From NCBI GenBank assembly GCA_016934575.1, contig JAFGSN010000052.1, forward strand, positions 3,868 through 67,867: DNA of 64,000 bases, given 5' to 3'. This stretch comes from Vicinamibacteria bacterium. Lineage in GTDB: Bacteria > Acidobacteriota > Vicinamibacteria > Fen-336. Position 1 is the stretch's first letter. Every line of letters starts with the position of its first letter. A program made the translations under genes and the position numbers. The notes under the pieces were generated by a model that made no database searches, was not told where the DNA came from, and saw only the letters and a program-made list of their open reading frames with translations. This document shows positions 1 through 9,832 of this stretch, one piece after another.

Positions 1-4
1 CTCC

Positions 5-769
5 ATGTTGCTCGAAGGCAAGAGGGCTCTGATATTCGGCGTTGTCAACGAGCGCAGTATCGCTTACGGCATCGCCGAGCAGTTGCACAAACACGGCGCG
101 CGGCTGGGCTTCGGATACGCGTCCACCCCGATTCGGAAGCGACTGGAGCCGATCGCCGAACGCCTCGACGGCGAGCTGCTCTTCCAATGCGATGTCACGT
201 CGGACGCGGAGATTCAATCCGGGGCGAATCTGGTCCGCGAAAAGTGGGACGGCGTGGACGTTCTCGTGCATTCCATCGCGTACGCCAATCGCGAGGACCT
301 GAAAGGACGCTTCATCGACACGAGCCGCGAAGGTTATCGTATCGCTCTGGATGTTTCATCCTACTCGCTCGTCGCGCTCTGTCGGGCGTATGAACGCCTG
401 CTCGTTCACGGCGCTTCCGTCATCACCCTGAGCTACTACGGCTCGGGACGCGTCGTCGCCAACTACAACGCCATGGGCGTCGCCAAGGCCGCCCTCGAGG
501 CATGCGTGCGTTACCTCGCCGTGGATCTCGGCGTCTCGGGCGTCCGGATCAACGCCATCAGCGCCGGCCCGGTCAAGACCCTGGCGGCAAGCGCCGTTTC
601 AGGCTTCCATAACATTCTTTCGCTAATCGAAGAAAAGGCGCCCCTCGGGAGAAACATCTCGTTGGAAGACGTGGGCAAGTGCGCCCTCTATCTCGCGTCG
701 GACCTATCGTCAGGAACAACCGGCGACGTCGTCTTCGTCGATTCCGGATACAACATCATGGGGCTATAA
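5..769 (+). CDS. fabI: Enoyl-[acyl-carrier-protein] reductase FabI
   Basis: GVVNERSIAYGIA N-terminus, VHSIAYA, catalytic YNAMGVAKAALE, RINAISAGPVKTLAA, VDSGY. Confidence 0.95.
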   Translation: MLLEGKRALIFGVVNERSIAYGIAEQLHKHGARLGFGYASTPIRKRLEPIAERLDGELLFQCDVTSDAEIQSGANLVREKWDGVDVLVHSIAYANREDLKGRFIDTSREGYRIALDVSSYSLVALCRAYERLLVHGASVITLSYYGSGRVVANYNAMGVAKAALEACVRYLAVDLGVSGVRINAISAGPVKTLAASAVSGFHNILSLIEEKAPLGRNISLEDVGKCALYLASDLSSGTTGDVVFVDSGYNIMGL

Positions 770-814
770 TCGGCCCAAACTCGGCGTCCAGTTTGGATTC
801 GTGCGATTGAAAGT

Positions 815-2695
815 CTACCTCGGCTTCAGCTTCGCGGCCCAATCGGTCGTGGCCACGTCGTTATCACCAGGGAACTGAGGCGCGGTCAACAGTCCATTGG
901 TGTCGGCGTCGATCTCGATCGGCGCCATCCAATCGCCGCGCCGGGGATCATAGAAGGTCCATTGATAGCTTGTACTCGGCTGGAAGCCCGATAAAGTCGC
1001 TCGTACCGCGCGCTTTTCGAAATATAGCAACGCGAGATCCTGCCCGGCGGTGCGCATCATGAACGACCAGCCGTCCAGGCCCTTCTCCGGACTGCCCGGC
1101 GCCTGTCGCGGCGCGATATCGTCCGTCGCCAGGAGCAGGTTTTGATAGCGCCGCCCTTCGGAGAGCACGAACGCCGCAAGGTGTCGCATGTACTCTCCTG
1201 AAGAATATCGGAGAGCGTCCCAGATATACGGCCGAAATCCGGCCGGCTCGCCCGCCGCCGTCACGTCGTACGCGGCCGTGCCGTGCACGTGACCCACGAG
1301 AGCGCCGGACAGGACCGATCCATACATCTGCGCGCGCGCGAAATAGTTATCGCGCTCGGAATCGGCCGGCGGCCTTTCGCCTGCCGGCATGTTGAGGCTG
1401 TGATCCCATCCGGTGTAGTAGGGCTCCATGTTCACCGCCGGATAGGGCGGATCGAGACGAAACAGCTCCTCGATCAGCGCGTAGACGCCGTGGTGCCGGG
1501 GATTGTTCCCCACGCTGTGCATGGTGAGCCAGGGGCACTTGTCCCCGTGACCGAACCGGGGATAAGTCGACGAATCGATGAGCGTCGTGTACGGCTGTCC
1601 AAAAGGAGGCGGGCCGAACTTGTGGTGGTGATGAGTCAGCGCGGCGTTGAACTCGTCCGCGGTCAGGCTGTACTTCTCCGGAATCCAGTCCAGGTGAATG
1701 CCGCTGAAGATCATGTTGAAGGCGCCGTAGCGCGCGATGAGATACTGGACGAAACGAGCATAAGACTCGTTGAAGTCGAAATACGCTTTCCATGTCGGGC
1801 AGTTGTCGCGCCTCACGGTCTCGAAAACCGGGACGAATCCTTGTTCCGCGAGATGCCGCATCTTGCGATCGAGACTCTGGAAATAGCCGGGGTTGAGACG
1901 TTCGAAGTCCGCCACCCCTTCTCCGCCGGCGAGCAACTCAAAAGGACGCCGTCCCTGCTCGTCATGCATGTCCTTGGAGGCGAGATCGCCTTCCGCGGTG
2001 CGAAAACCGAACTTCTCCCAGGCATTGCGGACGAAGACTCCGTTCTTGTCGGCAAAGGTCGCGGAATAATGGTCTGTTTCCCAGTTGGGGAACGCCGCGA
2101 TGAAGCTGATCGAGTTGAAGCCCTGCCTCTTTCGGTAGGCCACGGCCTGCTCGAAGCCGACGCCCGGACCCGGCTCGTAGTCCGGGACAGCCGCCTCTCC
2201 TTTGTACGGCAAGCGCCATGTCGAGGCGGCCAGCCATGTGTCGCCGAGCATAAAGAACGGAGAGCCGTCCGCATGGTCGAACGCATGCCCGTTGGCCGTC
2301 GCGCGAATGAATCCGCGACGGTTTGGATTGGCCTGCTTCTCTTCCTCCGTCCACGGTATCGCTTCGAGCCGGCCGCTCCTTCCGTCGAGACCGGCGTCAT
2401 TCTGATTGGATGCGCTGATCCACGTCCATTCGCCCGTCTTTGTGGCCACGAATCGGACCTTGAAGACGTCTCCCCCGTCCCAGAATCCGTGGACACGCCG
2501 CGAAAAGTCCGGTCCCCGCAGCTCGATCCACATGATGACGTCCGTATAGGGATTGATGTCAGTCTTTGCGGACCGGAACACGATTTCTTGCATTTCCCAG
2601 ACGTGGATCCGTCGAAGCTCCGGCTCACCGGCGCATGGGCCGCTCACTACCAATGAAGCAACGATGAAGCCGAAAAACGCTCGGAAGAACCTCAA
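815..2695 (-). CDS. Secreted DUF5060/DUF4038 (apiosidase-like, GH140-related) putative glycoside hydrolase
   Basis: Signal peptide; VHGFWDGGDVFKVRF (DUF5060-like); DGSPFFMLGDTW, RKRQGFN, YLIARYGAFN, NMEPYY; C-terminal FYDPRRG domain; GGAGG 6 nt before the TTG start. Confidence 0.75.
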   Translation of the reverse strand: MRFFRAFFGFIVASLVVSGPCAGEPELRRIHVWEMQEIVFRSAKTDINPYTDVIMWIELRGPDFSRRVHGFWDGGDVFKVRFVATKTGEWTWISASNQNDAGLDGRSGRLEAIPWTEEEKQANPNRRGFIRATANGHAFDHADGSPFFMLGDTWLAASTWRLPYKGEAAVPDYEPGPGVGFEQAVAYRKRQGFNSISFIAAFPNWETDHYSATFADKNGVFVRNAWEKFGFRTAEGDLASKDMHDEQGRRPFELLAGGEGVADFERLNPGYFQSLDRKMRHLAEQGFVPVFETVRRDNCPTWKAYFDFNESYARFVQYLIARYGAFNMIFSGIHLDWIPEKYSLTADEFNAALTHHHHKFGPPPFGQPYTTLIDSSTYPRFGHGDKCPWLTMHSVGNNPRHHGVYALIEELFRLDPPYPAVNMEPYYTGWDHSLNMPAGERPPADSERDNYFARAQMYGSVLSGALVGHVHGTAAYDVTAAGEPAGFRPYIWDALRYSSGEYMRHLAAFVLSEGRRYQNLLLATDDIAPRQAPGSPEKGLDGWSFMMRTAGQDLALLYFEKRAVRATLSGFQPSTSYQWTFYDPRRGDWMAPIEIDADTNGLLTAPQFPGDNDVATTDWAAKLKPR

Positions 2696-3214
2696 GTTTC
2701 ACCTCCAGGAATCATCCCATCGCCTCGCGGCACGCCGCGCCGGCCGTAATATTTATCATATAACGTGCTCCGTCATGCGTGGGATTCGGCTCGTGATGGC
2801 CTGCCATGGAGCAGAGATCGACAGCGTTGATTGCACAGGAGCCCGTCCGGTCGGTATTCATCAGCCCTTCTCCTCGACGGCGTCGGCATGTATGCATGCT
2901 CCAGCCCTGGACCGCTTCTCGGCAGCACTGCGACGACTCCTGCGCCATGCGGGCCGCTCACGGCCAGATGACTTCCATCCCGGTTTTGGACGGCCCGATC
3001 AGATAGGCATAGGCTTGATACAGCTAGGTCCTCGTCACGGCTCAGCTTGTCGAGGCAACAGATGACGAGGTTGTTTTCGAGGAACCAATTTGCCGCTGTG
3101 AGCCGACTCAAACTTGTCGTTCGTGAGGATCTCGAACGGGAGATGGAACTTCGCGGGAAGCTCGTCGGATTATGGGGCGCCGTTCAATCTTTACTGCATC
3201 TTGACGGGCCGATT

Positions 3215-3766
3215 CTATTCCGTCGCCGCGCGATACGCGTCCTCGATTCGCGACAAGAGATCCGGTCGCCAGCCGATCGTGCCCATGATGTCGCGGATGA
3301 GGCGCTCCCAGGTCACGATCCGCTGTCCATGGAGCAGGGTGACGAACGGCGGCTCCGCGCCCAGTCGGGCCACGAGCAGCGGCGGTCGCGGCAAAAGCGG
3401 ATCGACGCTGATAGACGCCGGCGCTGGCTCGTCGATCAGTCCGGCCGAGCGGACGGCGTCAAGCGCGCCGTCATCAAGATAACCCGTCAAATCGGAAGCC
3501 ACGAGAAAACCCCGCAGCCCGGCAAGGCGCACGGCCGTGTCGAGCGTCCAGATCGCGCGTCCTTTGAGTGCTTCCAGCAGAGACTGCGCGGGACAAGAAA
3601 GCGCGGCGGCGCGGAGCGCGTCCGGCGCGAGGAATAGATATGGCACGATACGAAGATCGCGCATGAACCGAGGGTACACGCGGCGAGCCAGGCTGCGCCG
3701 GCGATAAGCCGCGCGGTCGCGTCGAGCGCATCTCAGCCGCTCATCGGGCCACTCCAGGCCGCGCAT
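3215..3766 (-). CDS. Hypothetical protein, possible AbiEi-like (type IV TA antitoxin) partner of the upstream nucleotidyltransferase
   Basis: ATG at 3766 overlaps the upstream TGA (TGATG coupling); C-terminal RIVTWERLIRDIMGTIGWR resembles the AbiEi-type 'VVsxxQLxxDL...GR' segment. The longer 3215..4255 ORF overlaps the upstream gene. Confidence 0.5.
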   Translation of the reverse strand: MRGLEWPDERLRCARRDRAAYRRRSLARRVYPRFMRDLRIVPYLFLAPDALRAAALSCPAQSLLEALKGRAIWTLDTAVRLAGLRGFLVASDLTGYLDDGALDAVRSAGLIDEPAPASISVDPLLPRPPLLVARLGAEPPFVTLLHGQRIVTWERLIRDIMGTIGWRPDLLSRIEDAYRAATE

Positions 3767-4488
3767 CACGCCGGCACCAATCGCTGAAGCGCCGACAGGC
3801 CGCGTGCCGACGCTTCGCGCAGCGCCGCGTAACCCGCCGATTGCGAATCGGCACGCATCGGATCCGAGGATAGCGCGAGGCTCGCCGCCTGCGCGTCGGC
3901 GAGCGCGTCTTGCAGGCGATCGTCCGGAAAACGCGCAAGCAAGCCGCGTAACGCCTCCAAAAAACCGGGATCCTTCGAGTGCTCGTCGATCAACAGCAGA
4001 GCCTGCAGCTTGTCCTTGCTCCCCTTCTCCAGGCGCACGGTGAGCAGCTTGCTGGCCGAAAGCGCCGCGGCCGAGAGCGCTCGGCCGCCGCCCGGCACGT
4101 CGACCGCCGCGCCCGGCTGTGTCATGATCTCTCCCAGATCCGCGTACGTCATCACGCGCACGACGGCGCCGCCGGCTATGCAATCCTGCAACTCGCCCCC
4201 GACTGAATACCCGATCAGATCCAGAGACATGCCGTCCTCGGCGATAAACGTGCACGAGCCTCTCTCGTGCCGGAACCCGAGCCGCGTCATGGCGTCAAGC
4301 ACGTCGGCTTCGTGATCGGCGAGCCAGTCCGCGTCCACAAGGAAATCGTAGTCCTCGGTCAAGGCGGGCAGCGTGTCGCTCGCCGCGTAAAGCCCGGACG
4401 AGCCGGCGAGCACGAAGCGCTGTCCGACCGCCGTGGACGCCAAACGTCGCAACAGTTCGCGCGCCGCAAGTCTTTCTGTCGAGGTCAT
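3766..4488 (-). CDS. Pol-beta superfamily nucleotidyltransferase (AbiEii/MenT-like)
   Basis: FVLAGSSGL...TEDYDFLV (hG[GS]x(n)DxD), later SLDLI strand, C-terminal SKL...KGSKDKLQ helix typical of AbiEii-like NTases. Confidence 0.65.
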   Translation of the reverse strand: MTSTERLAARELLRRLASTAVGQRFVLAGSSGLYAASDTLPALTEDYDFLVDADWLADHEADVLDAMTRLGFRHERGSCTFIAEDGMSLDLIGYSVGGELQDCIAGGAVVRVMTYADLGEIMTQPGAAVDVPGGGRALSAAALSASKLLTVRLEKGSKDKLQALLLIDEHSKDPGFLEALRGLLARFPDDRLQDALADAQAASLALSSDPMRADSQSAGYAALREASARGLSALQRLVPA

Positions 4489-4532
4489 CCGTTAATGCTA
4501 CGCAGCTCGATGCGCGAGGACAAATCCCGTCA

Positions 4533-4561
4533 TTGATCTGGCGCGCTCGCGCCCTTACAAT
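4533..4561 (+). promoter_or_regulatory. Sigma-70-type promoter for the pentose operon
   Basis: TTGATC-N17-TACAAT, 28 nt upstream of ATG 4590. Confidence 0.5.
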
Positions 4562-4589
4562 TGCTTCTTGAAAGGGGTGCGAACTGATT

Positions 4590-6089
4590 ATGATGAAACT
4601 CGACAATACTCCGGAGGTCAAGATCGCCGTGGCCGGCGTGAGCCGCGATTGTTTCCCGATCGAGCTGGCGCGCAACCGGCTCGGCCGATTGATGGCGGCC
4701 TGCGAGAAGGCCGGCATTCCGGCGCGGGCATGCCCGACGATCATCGAAAGCGAGAAAGACGCTCTACAGGCCCTCGAAGAAGCGAGAGGGATGGGCGCCA
4801 ACGCCGCCGTGATCTTCCTGGGCAACTTTGGCCCCGAAGGGCCGCTCGCGATCTTTGCGCAGCGCTTCGACGGTCCCGTCATGGCCTGCGCCGCCGCCGA
4901 AGAGTCGAGGAAGGACCTTATCCAGGGTCGCGGGGACGCTTTCTGCGGATTGCTCAACGCGTCATACAGCTTCGATCTGCGCGGCGTCGCAGTTCATATC
5001 CCGGAACGTCCGGTGGGGCTTCCCGACGAGCTGGCCGCCGATATCCGGCTTTTCATCGGCGTGGCGCGCGTCCTCCTTGGCCTGAAGAGCCTGAAGGTTT
5101 TCGGCTTCGGTCCCCGTCCCCAGGACTTCTACGCCTGCAATGCGCCCATCCGGCAGCTCTACGACCTCGGCATCGAGGTGACGGAAAACAGCGAGCTGGA
5201 TCTCTTGCAGCTCTATCAATCGGTCGACGCCAAGGACCCGCGGGTGGCCGAGATCGTTCGCGACATGGCCGCGGAGCTGGGCGAGGGCAAGTATTACCCC
5301 GATCTGCTTCCGAAGTTGGCGCGTTTCGAGCTGGCTCTTCTGCGCTTCGCCGAACAGAACCTCGGCTCCCGCCGATACGCCGTGTTCGCCGATAAATGCT
5401 GGCCGGCTTTTGAACGCGCCTTTGGTTTCGTGCCTTGTTATGTCAACTCGCGGCTGGCCGGGCGCGGCATGCCGGTCTCCTGCGAGGTCGACATGTACGG
5501 CGCCGTGAGCGAGTACGTCTGCCAGCTCGCGAGCCTGCAACCCGCGACGCTGCTCGATATCAACAACACCGTCCCGGATGATCTCGTCTCGTCCGGCACG
5601 GATCTCAAGGGAGCCGCGCGCGAAGACCTGTTCATGGGCTTTCACTGCGGCAACTCGCCAAGCTGTTGCATGAAGAGCTACTCGATGAAGCATCAGCTCA
5701 TCATGTATCGCCTGATGGAGGATCCGTCCAAGCCGCCGGACATCACGCGCGGAACGCTCGAAGGCCAGCTCCGGCCCGGTCCGACGACATTCTTCCGCCT
5801 GCAAGGCCACTCGAACGGAAAGGCGGCCAGTTACGTCGCTCCCGGCGAGATCCTGGATATCGACCCCCAGAGCTTCGGCGGCATCGGCGTCTTCGCCATC
5901 CCCGGCTTCGCGCGGTTCTACCGTCACGTCCTGGTCGGCGAGCGCTTCCCGCATCATGGCGCGGTCGCGTTCAGCGACTGCGCCTCGACGCTCTATGACG
6001 CGATGAGGCTCCTCGGAATCGGCGACATCCACGTGCCGTTACCGCCCGCGCGGCTCTATCCTCGCGAGAATCCGTTCCGCGCCGTCTGA
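4590..6089 (+). CDS. L-fucose/L-arabinose isomerase family protein
   Basis: FLGNFGPE, RGDAFCG, KCWP, SCEVD metal ligands, FHCGN, FPHHGAV. Confidence 0.85.
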   Translation: MMKLDNTPEVKIAVAGVSRDCFPIELARNRLGRLMAACEKAGIPARACPTIIESEKDALQALEEARGMGANAAVIFLGNFGPEGPLAIFAQRFDGPVMACAAAEESRKDLIQGRGDAFCGLLNASYSFDLRGVAVHIPERPVGLPDELAADIRLFIGVARVLLGLKSLKVFGFGPRPQDFYACNAPIRQLYDLGIEVTENSELDLLQLYQSVDAKDPRVAEIVRDMAAELGEGKYYPDLLPKLARFELALLRFAEQNLGSRRYAVFADKCWPAFERAFGFVPCYVNSRLAGRGMPVSCEVDMYGAVSEYVCQLASLQPATLLDINNTVPDDLVSSGTDLKGAAREDLFMGFHCGNSPSCCMKSYSMKHQLIMYRLMEDPSKPPDITRGTLEGQLRPGPTTFFRLQGHSNGKAASYVAPGEILDIDPQSFGGIGVFAIPGFARFYRHVLVGERFPHHGAVAFSDCASTLYDAMRLLGIGDIHVPLPPARLYPRENPFRAV

Positions 6090-6108
6090 CCGGACGAAAG
6101 GTGCGACC

Positions 6109-7797
6109 ATGGCACGCTACTCGCTCGGCCTCGATTTCGGAACGAACTCCGTGCGCGCCCTCCTCGTCGACGTCGCCAATGGAAAGGAGACGGCAACCGC
6201 CGTCGACGGCTATCGGCGCGGCACGCAGGGCGTGATTCTCTCGCACGATCCCAATCTCGCGCGCCAGCATCCGGCCGACTACATCGATGGAACGGAACGG
6301 GTGATCCGCAAGGTCCTGTCGCAGGCCCGCCGCGCCAAGAAAGGTTTTCGACCGGAGCAGATCGTCGGCATCGGCGTCGATACGACGGGCAGCACGCCCC
6401 TCCCGGTCGATCATCGCGGGATCCCTCTCGCCTTTGACAGACGCTTCGCGCGTGATCCGGCGGCTCTGGCTTGGCTATGGAAGGATCACACGGCGGTCGC
6501 GGAGGCGGCCGAAATCACCTCGTTGGCGCGAGAGATCCATCCGGAGTACCTGGCCAAGTGCGGCGGAACGTACTCGAGCGAGTGGTACTTCAGCAAGGTC
6601 TTGCATTGCCTGCGCGCCGCGCCACAGGTCTTCGACGCCGCGCACCTTTGGGTGGAGATCGCCGACTGGATCCCGGCGACGCTGACCGGCACGCAGGCGC
6701 CCGATCAACTCAAGGTCGGCGTGTGCGCCGCGGGCCACAAGGCAATGTACAACGATCTGTGGGGCGGCTATCCCGAAGCGGAATTCCTGGGCCGCCTGGA
6801 TCCCAAGCTGGCCGGGTTGCGTTCGCGCCTCCCGGCCAGGGCGGAAACGGTCGACAGCGCCGCCGGCGGCCTGACGGCGGACTGGTCGCGGCGCACGGGT
6901 CTGCCGGCGGGCGTTCCCGTGGCTGTCGGCGCTTTCGACGCTCACCTGGGCGCGATCGGCGCCGGAGTCGCGCCGGGAATCCTCGTCAAGATCATTGGCA
7001 CGAGCACTTGCGATATCACGGTCGCTCCCGTTGATCGCCCGCTGGCCGACGTCCCCGGCCTGTGCGGCATCGTGCCCGGCAGCGTTCTGCCCGGTTTTTA
7101 CGGCCTTGAGGCCGGCCAGTCGGCCGTCGGCGACATCTTCAACTGGTTCGTCAACTACGTTCAGCCGGGCGGCAAGAAGGCCGGATCGCACGAGGCTCTC
7201 AGCGCCCAGGCGGCCAAGGTCCGACCCGGCGCTTCGGGCCTTCTGGCTCTCGACTGGAACAACGGCAACCGCACGATTCTCGTCGATCAACGCCTGACCG
7301 GCTTGCTCCTCGGACAGACGCTCTACACCACTCCGGCAGAAATCTATCGTGCGCTCATCGAAGCCACGGCCTTCGGCGCGCTCACGATCATCAACCGTTT
7401 CGAGGAGTACGGCGTCGCGATCCGCGAGGTCGTCAACTGCGGCGGCATCGCCGAGAAAAGCCCGCTCGTGATGCAAATCTACGCCGACGTCATCGGCCGT
7501 CCGATGAAAATCTCGCGCTCCAGCCAGACCTGCGCGTTGGGCGCCGCCGTCGCCGGGGCCGTGGCGGCCGGCCGCGACGCGGGCGGCCACGCTGACTTCG
7601 ACGCGGCACAGAAGGCGATGACCGGGCTGAAGCCGAAGGACTACCGTCCCGATCCGCAAGCGCATCGGATCTATGGCGATATTTATGCTCTCTACAGGAA
7701 GCTGCACGACGGCTTCGGGCCGCCCCAAGGCGTTTGCGGGAACGTCATGAAAGACCTACTGGCGCTTCGAGCCCACTCCCGCCGCGACGTCATATGA
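6109..7797 (+). CDS. araB: L-ribulokinase
   Basis: GLDFGTNSVRA, ARQHPADY, GIGVDTTGSTP, LWKDHTA, YSSEW, GAFDAH, GTSTCD, LDWNNGNR, EATAFG. Confidence 0.93.
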   Translation: MARYSLGLDFGTNSVRALLVDVANGKETATAVDGYRRGTQGVILSHDPNLARQHPADYIDGTERVIRKVLSQARRAKKGFRPEQIVGIGVDTTGSTPLPVDHRGIPLAFDRRFARDPAALAWLWKDHTAVAEAAEITSLAREIHPEYLAKCGGTYSSEWYFSKVLHCLRAAPQVFDAAHLWVEIADWIPATLTGTQAPDQLKVGVCAAGHKAMYNDLWGGYPEAEFLGRLDPKLAGLRSRLPARAETVDSAAGGLTADWSRRTGLPAGVPVAVGAFDAHLGAIGAGVAPGILVKIIGTSTCDITVAPVDRPLADVPGLCGIVPGSVLPGFYGLEAGQSAVGDIFNWFVNYVQPGGKKAGSHEALSAQAAKVRPGASGLLALDWNNGNRTILVDQRLTGLLLGQTLYTTPAEIYRALIEATAFGALTIINRFEEYGVAIREVVNCGGIAEKSPLVMQIYADVIGRPMKISRSSQTCALGAAVAGAVAAGRDAGGHADFDAAQKAMTGLKPKDYRPDPQAHRIYGDIYALYRKLHDGFGPPQGVCGNVMKDLLALRAHSRRDVI

Positions 7798-8837
7798 AGC
7801 GCGCAGTGCTGTTCGCCGCTCGTGGGATAAGGATCGAGGAGACGACGATCCCCAAGCCGTCGCAAGGCGAGGCCCTCGTCCGCATTCAGGCTGTCGGCCT
7901 CTGCGGCAGCGACCTGCATCTCTACAAAGACGGCGTGATCGGCGGCGTTCCGATCGACGCCTCCGCCGGCGCCGTCCCCGGTCACGAATGCGTGGGGATC
8001 GTCGAAGACGTCGGACCGGGCACGGATCGCACTCTCGTCGGCCAGCGCGTGTCCATCGAGCCGGCGATCGCCTGTGGACGTTGTCGCTATTGTCTTGAGG
8101 GCAAGCCCAACGTTTGCCCGTCATCGCATTTCCTAGGCCTGCCGCCTCGAAGCGGCGCTCTGGCGGAGCGCATCGTTCACCCCGTTTCTCTCTGCGAGCC
8201 CCTGCCCGACGAGATCGACGACGACGAAGGCGTGCTGCTCGAGCCGCTGGCGATCGCCGTGCATTCGCTCGATCGTGTCGGCGTAACGGCGGGCGCGAGC
8301 GTCGCCGTCCTGGGCGCGGGGACGATCGGCCTCACACACACGTTGCTCCTGGCGCGAAGCGGCGTTCGGCCGCTGATCGTTACCGATCCGCTGCAATATC
8401 GCTTGGACTTCGCGCGCGATCTGGGCGCCACGCACGTCTTGAATCCTCGCTCCGACGACGTCGTCGAGATCACGCGGCAGTTGACGGGCGGACTCGGCGC
8501 CGATCTCGTCTTCGAGTGCGCCGGCGAACCCGAGACCTTCGAACAGATGGTGGATCTCGCATCTCCCGCCGGGCGCGTCGGCGTAGTCGGCATTCCGGGA
8601 GAGGATCGGCTGTCCTTCCGGCACTCGACCGCGCGGCGCAAAGGGCTCGACGTCCTGATGATACGCCGCTCGAACCGCACCTTTCATCGAGCGCTGGAAT
8701 GGACGTTGCGCGACGCTCTGCCGCTGTCGCGCCTGGCCACGCACCGCTTTCCCTTGGAACAGACGGTCGCGGCGTTCGAAACGGCGAGCGCCTACCGCGA
8801 CGGCGCCGTCAAGGTCGTCGTTCGATGCAACGACTGA
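7794..8837 (+). CDS. Zn-dependent (sugar-alcohol) dehydrogenase, sorbitol/L-iditol DH-like
   Basis: GLCGSDLH, GHE, structural Zn CGRCRYC...C, EPLA, GAGTIG; ATGA overlap with the araB stop. Confidence 0.88.
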   Translation: MKRAVLFAARGIRIEETTIPKPSQGEALVRIQAVGLCGSDLHLYKDGVIGGVPIDASAGAVPGHECVGIVEDVGPGTDRTLVGQRVSIEPAIACGRCRYCLEGKPNVCPSSHFLGLPPRSGALAERIVHPVSLCEPLPDEIDDDEGVLLEPLAIAVHSLDRVGVTAGASVAVLGAGTIGLTHTLLLARSGVRPLIVTDPLQYRLDFARDLGATHVLNPRSDDVVEITRQLTGGLGADLVFECAGEPETFEQMVDLASPAGRVGVVGIPGEDRLSFRHSTARRKGLDVLMIRRSNRTFHRALEWTLRDALPLSRLATHRFPLEQTVAAFETASAYRDGAVKVVVRCND

Positions 8838-8847
8838 GCGATCGATC

Positions 8848-9567
8848 ATGATGAACGATCTGAGGATGGCCGTCCTTGATGCCAACCTGGAGCTGGTCCG
8901 TCGCGGACTGGTGCACGACACCTGGGGCAACGCCAGCGGCATCGATCGCGAACGCGGCTTGATCGCGATCAAGCCGTCCGGAATCGCATACGAGGTCATG
9001 AAGCCCGGCGACATGACGATCGTGGCGCTCGACAGCGGCGAAGCCGTCGAGGGCGATTATCGCCCAAGCTCGGACACGCCGACGCATCTCGCTCTGTATC
9101 GCGCCTTCAAGACGATCGGCGGCGTCGTTCATACTCACAGTCTCTATGCCACGGCCTGGTCTCAGGCCAACCGCGACCTGCCCGCTCTCGGCACGACGCA
9201 CGCGGATCAGTTCCACGGCGCCGTGCCCTGTACGCGCAAGCTCAGACCATCGGAGATCCGCGAGGATTATGAGCAAAACACGGGGCGCGTCATCGTCGAA
9301 CGCTTTCGCAAGCTGGATCCCATGCAGATTCCGGCCGTGCTCGCCGCCAGTCACGGTCCGTTCGCCTGGGGCGCGACTCCCGCCGAAGCTGTCGTGAACG
9401 CCGACGTCCTCGAACACGTTGCGCGACTGGCCTCGGAGACGCTGCGCATCGCGCCGCGCGCGCCGTCGATGCAGAAGGCGCTTCTCGACAAGCACTTCTT
9501 CCGCAAGCACGGCCCATCCGCTCGATACGGCCAAAACCGCGTCAAGAACGAGCGCTCGCCCCGATAG
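8848..9567 (+). CDS. araD: L-ribulose-5-phosphate 4-epimerase
   Basis: TWGNASG, IKPSG, PSSDTPTH, VHTHS, GTTHAD, HGPFAWG, LLDKHFFRKHG..ARYGQ. Confidence 0.95.
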   Translation: MMNDLRMAVLDANLELVRRGLVHDTWGNASGIDRERGLIAIKPSGIAYEVMKPGDMTIVALDSGEAVEGDYRPSSDTPTHLALYRAFKTIGGVVHTHSLYATAWSQANRDLPALGTTHADQFHGAVPCTRKLRPSEIREDYEQNTGRVIVERFRKLDPMQIPAVLAASHGPFAWGATPAEAVVNADVLEHVARLASETLRIAPRAPSMQKALLDKHFFRKHGPSARYGQNRVKNERSPR

Positions 9568-9832
9568 CCGACGAGGCGGAACAGTCCTCCACCTCTCCGA
9601 TCGGGCTCGGCGGGCGCGCGAAACAGGAGCGGCGCATCGGGCCGCGCTTCGACGAACACGCGGCTGACAACACGGCCGCCGTCGATCGCAACATGACAAC
9701 TCCAGCCTGCGGGCGCGACGCGATCCAGCATGTCGGGCGCCCGGCCCGTAGGACTCTCATCGCGCTCACGCTCGACGATCCGCACGACTCTGGATCGCAT
9801 GATATATTTGTCGTCCATTTCGACGCCATGTC

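Noticed and set aside
1283-2656. Long antisense or alternative-frame ORFs (also 4962..6032, 21230..22498, 28449..29741, 30345..32015, 43280..45211, 55888..57213)
   Set aside because: Shadow ORFs of high-GC coding sequence, opposite well-supported genes, with no motifs of their own.
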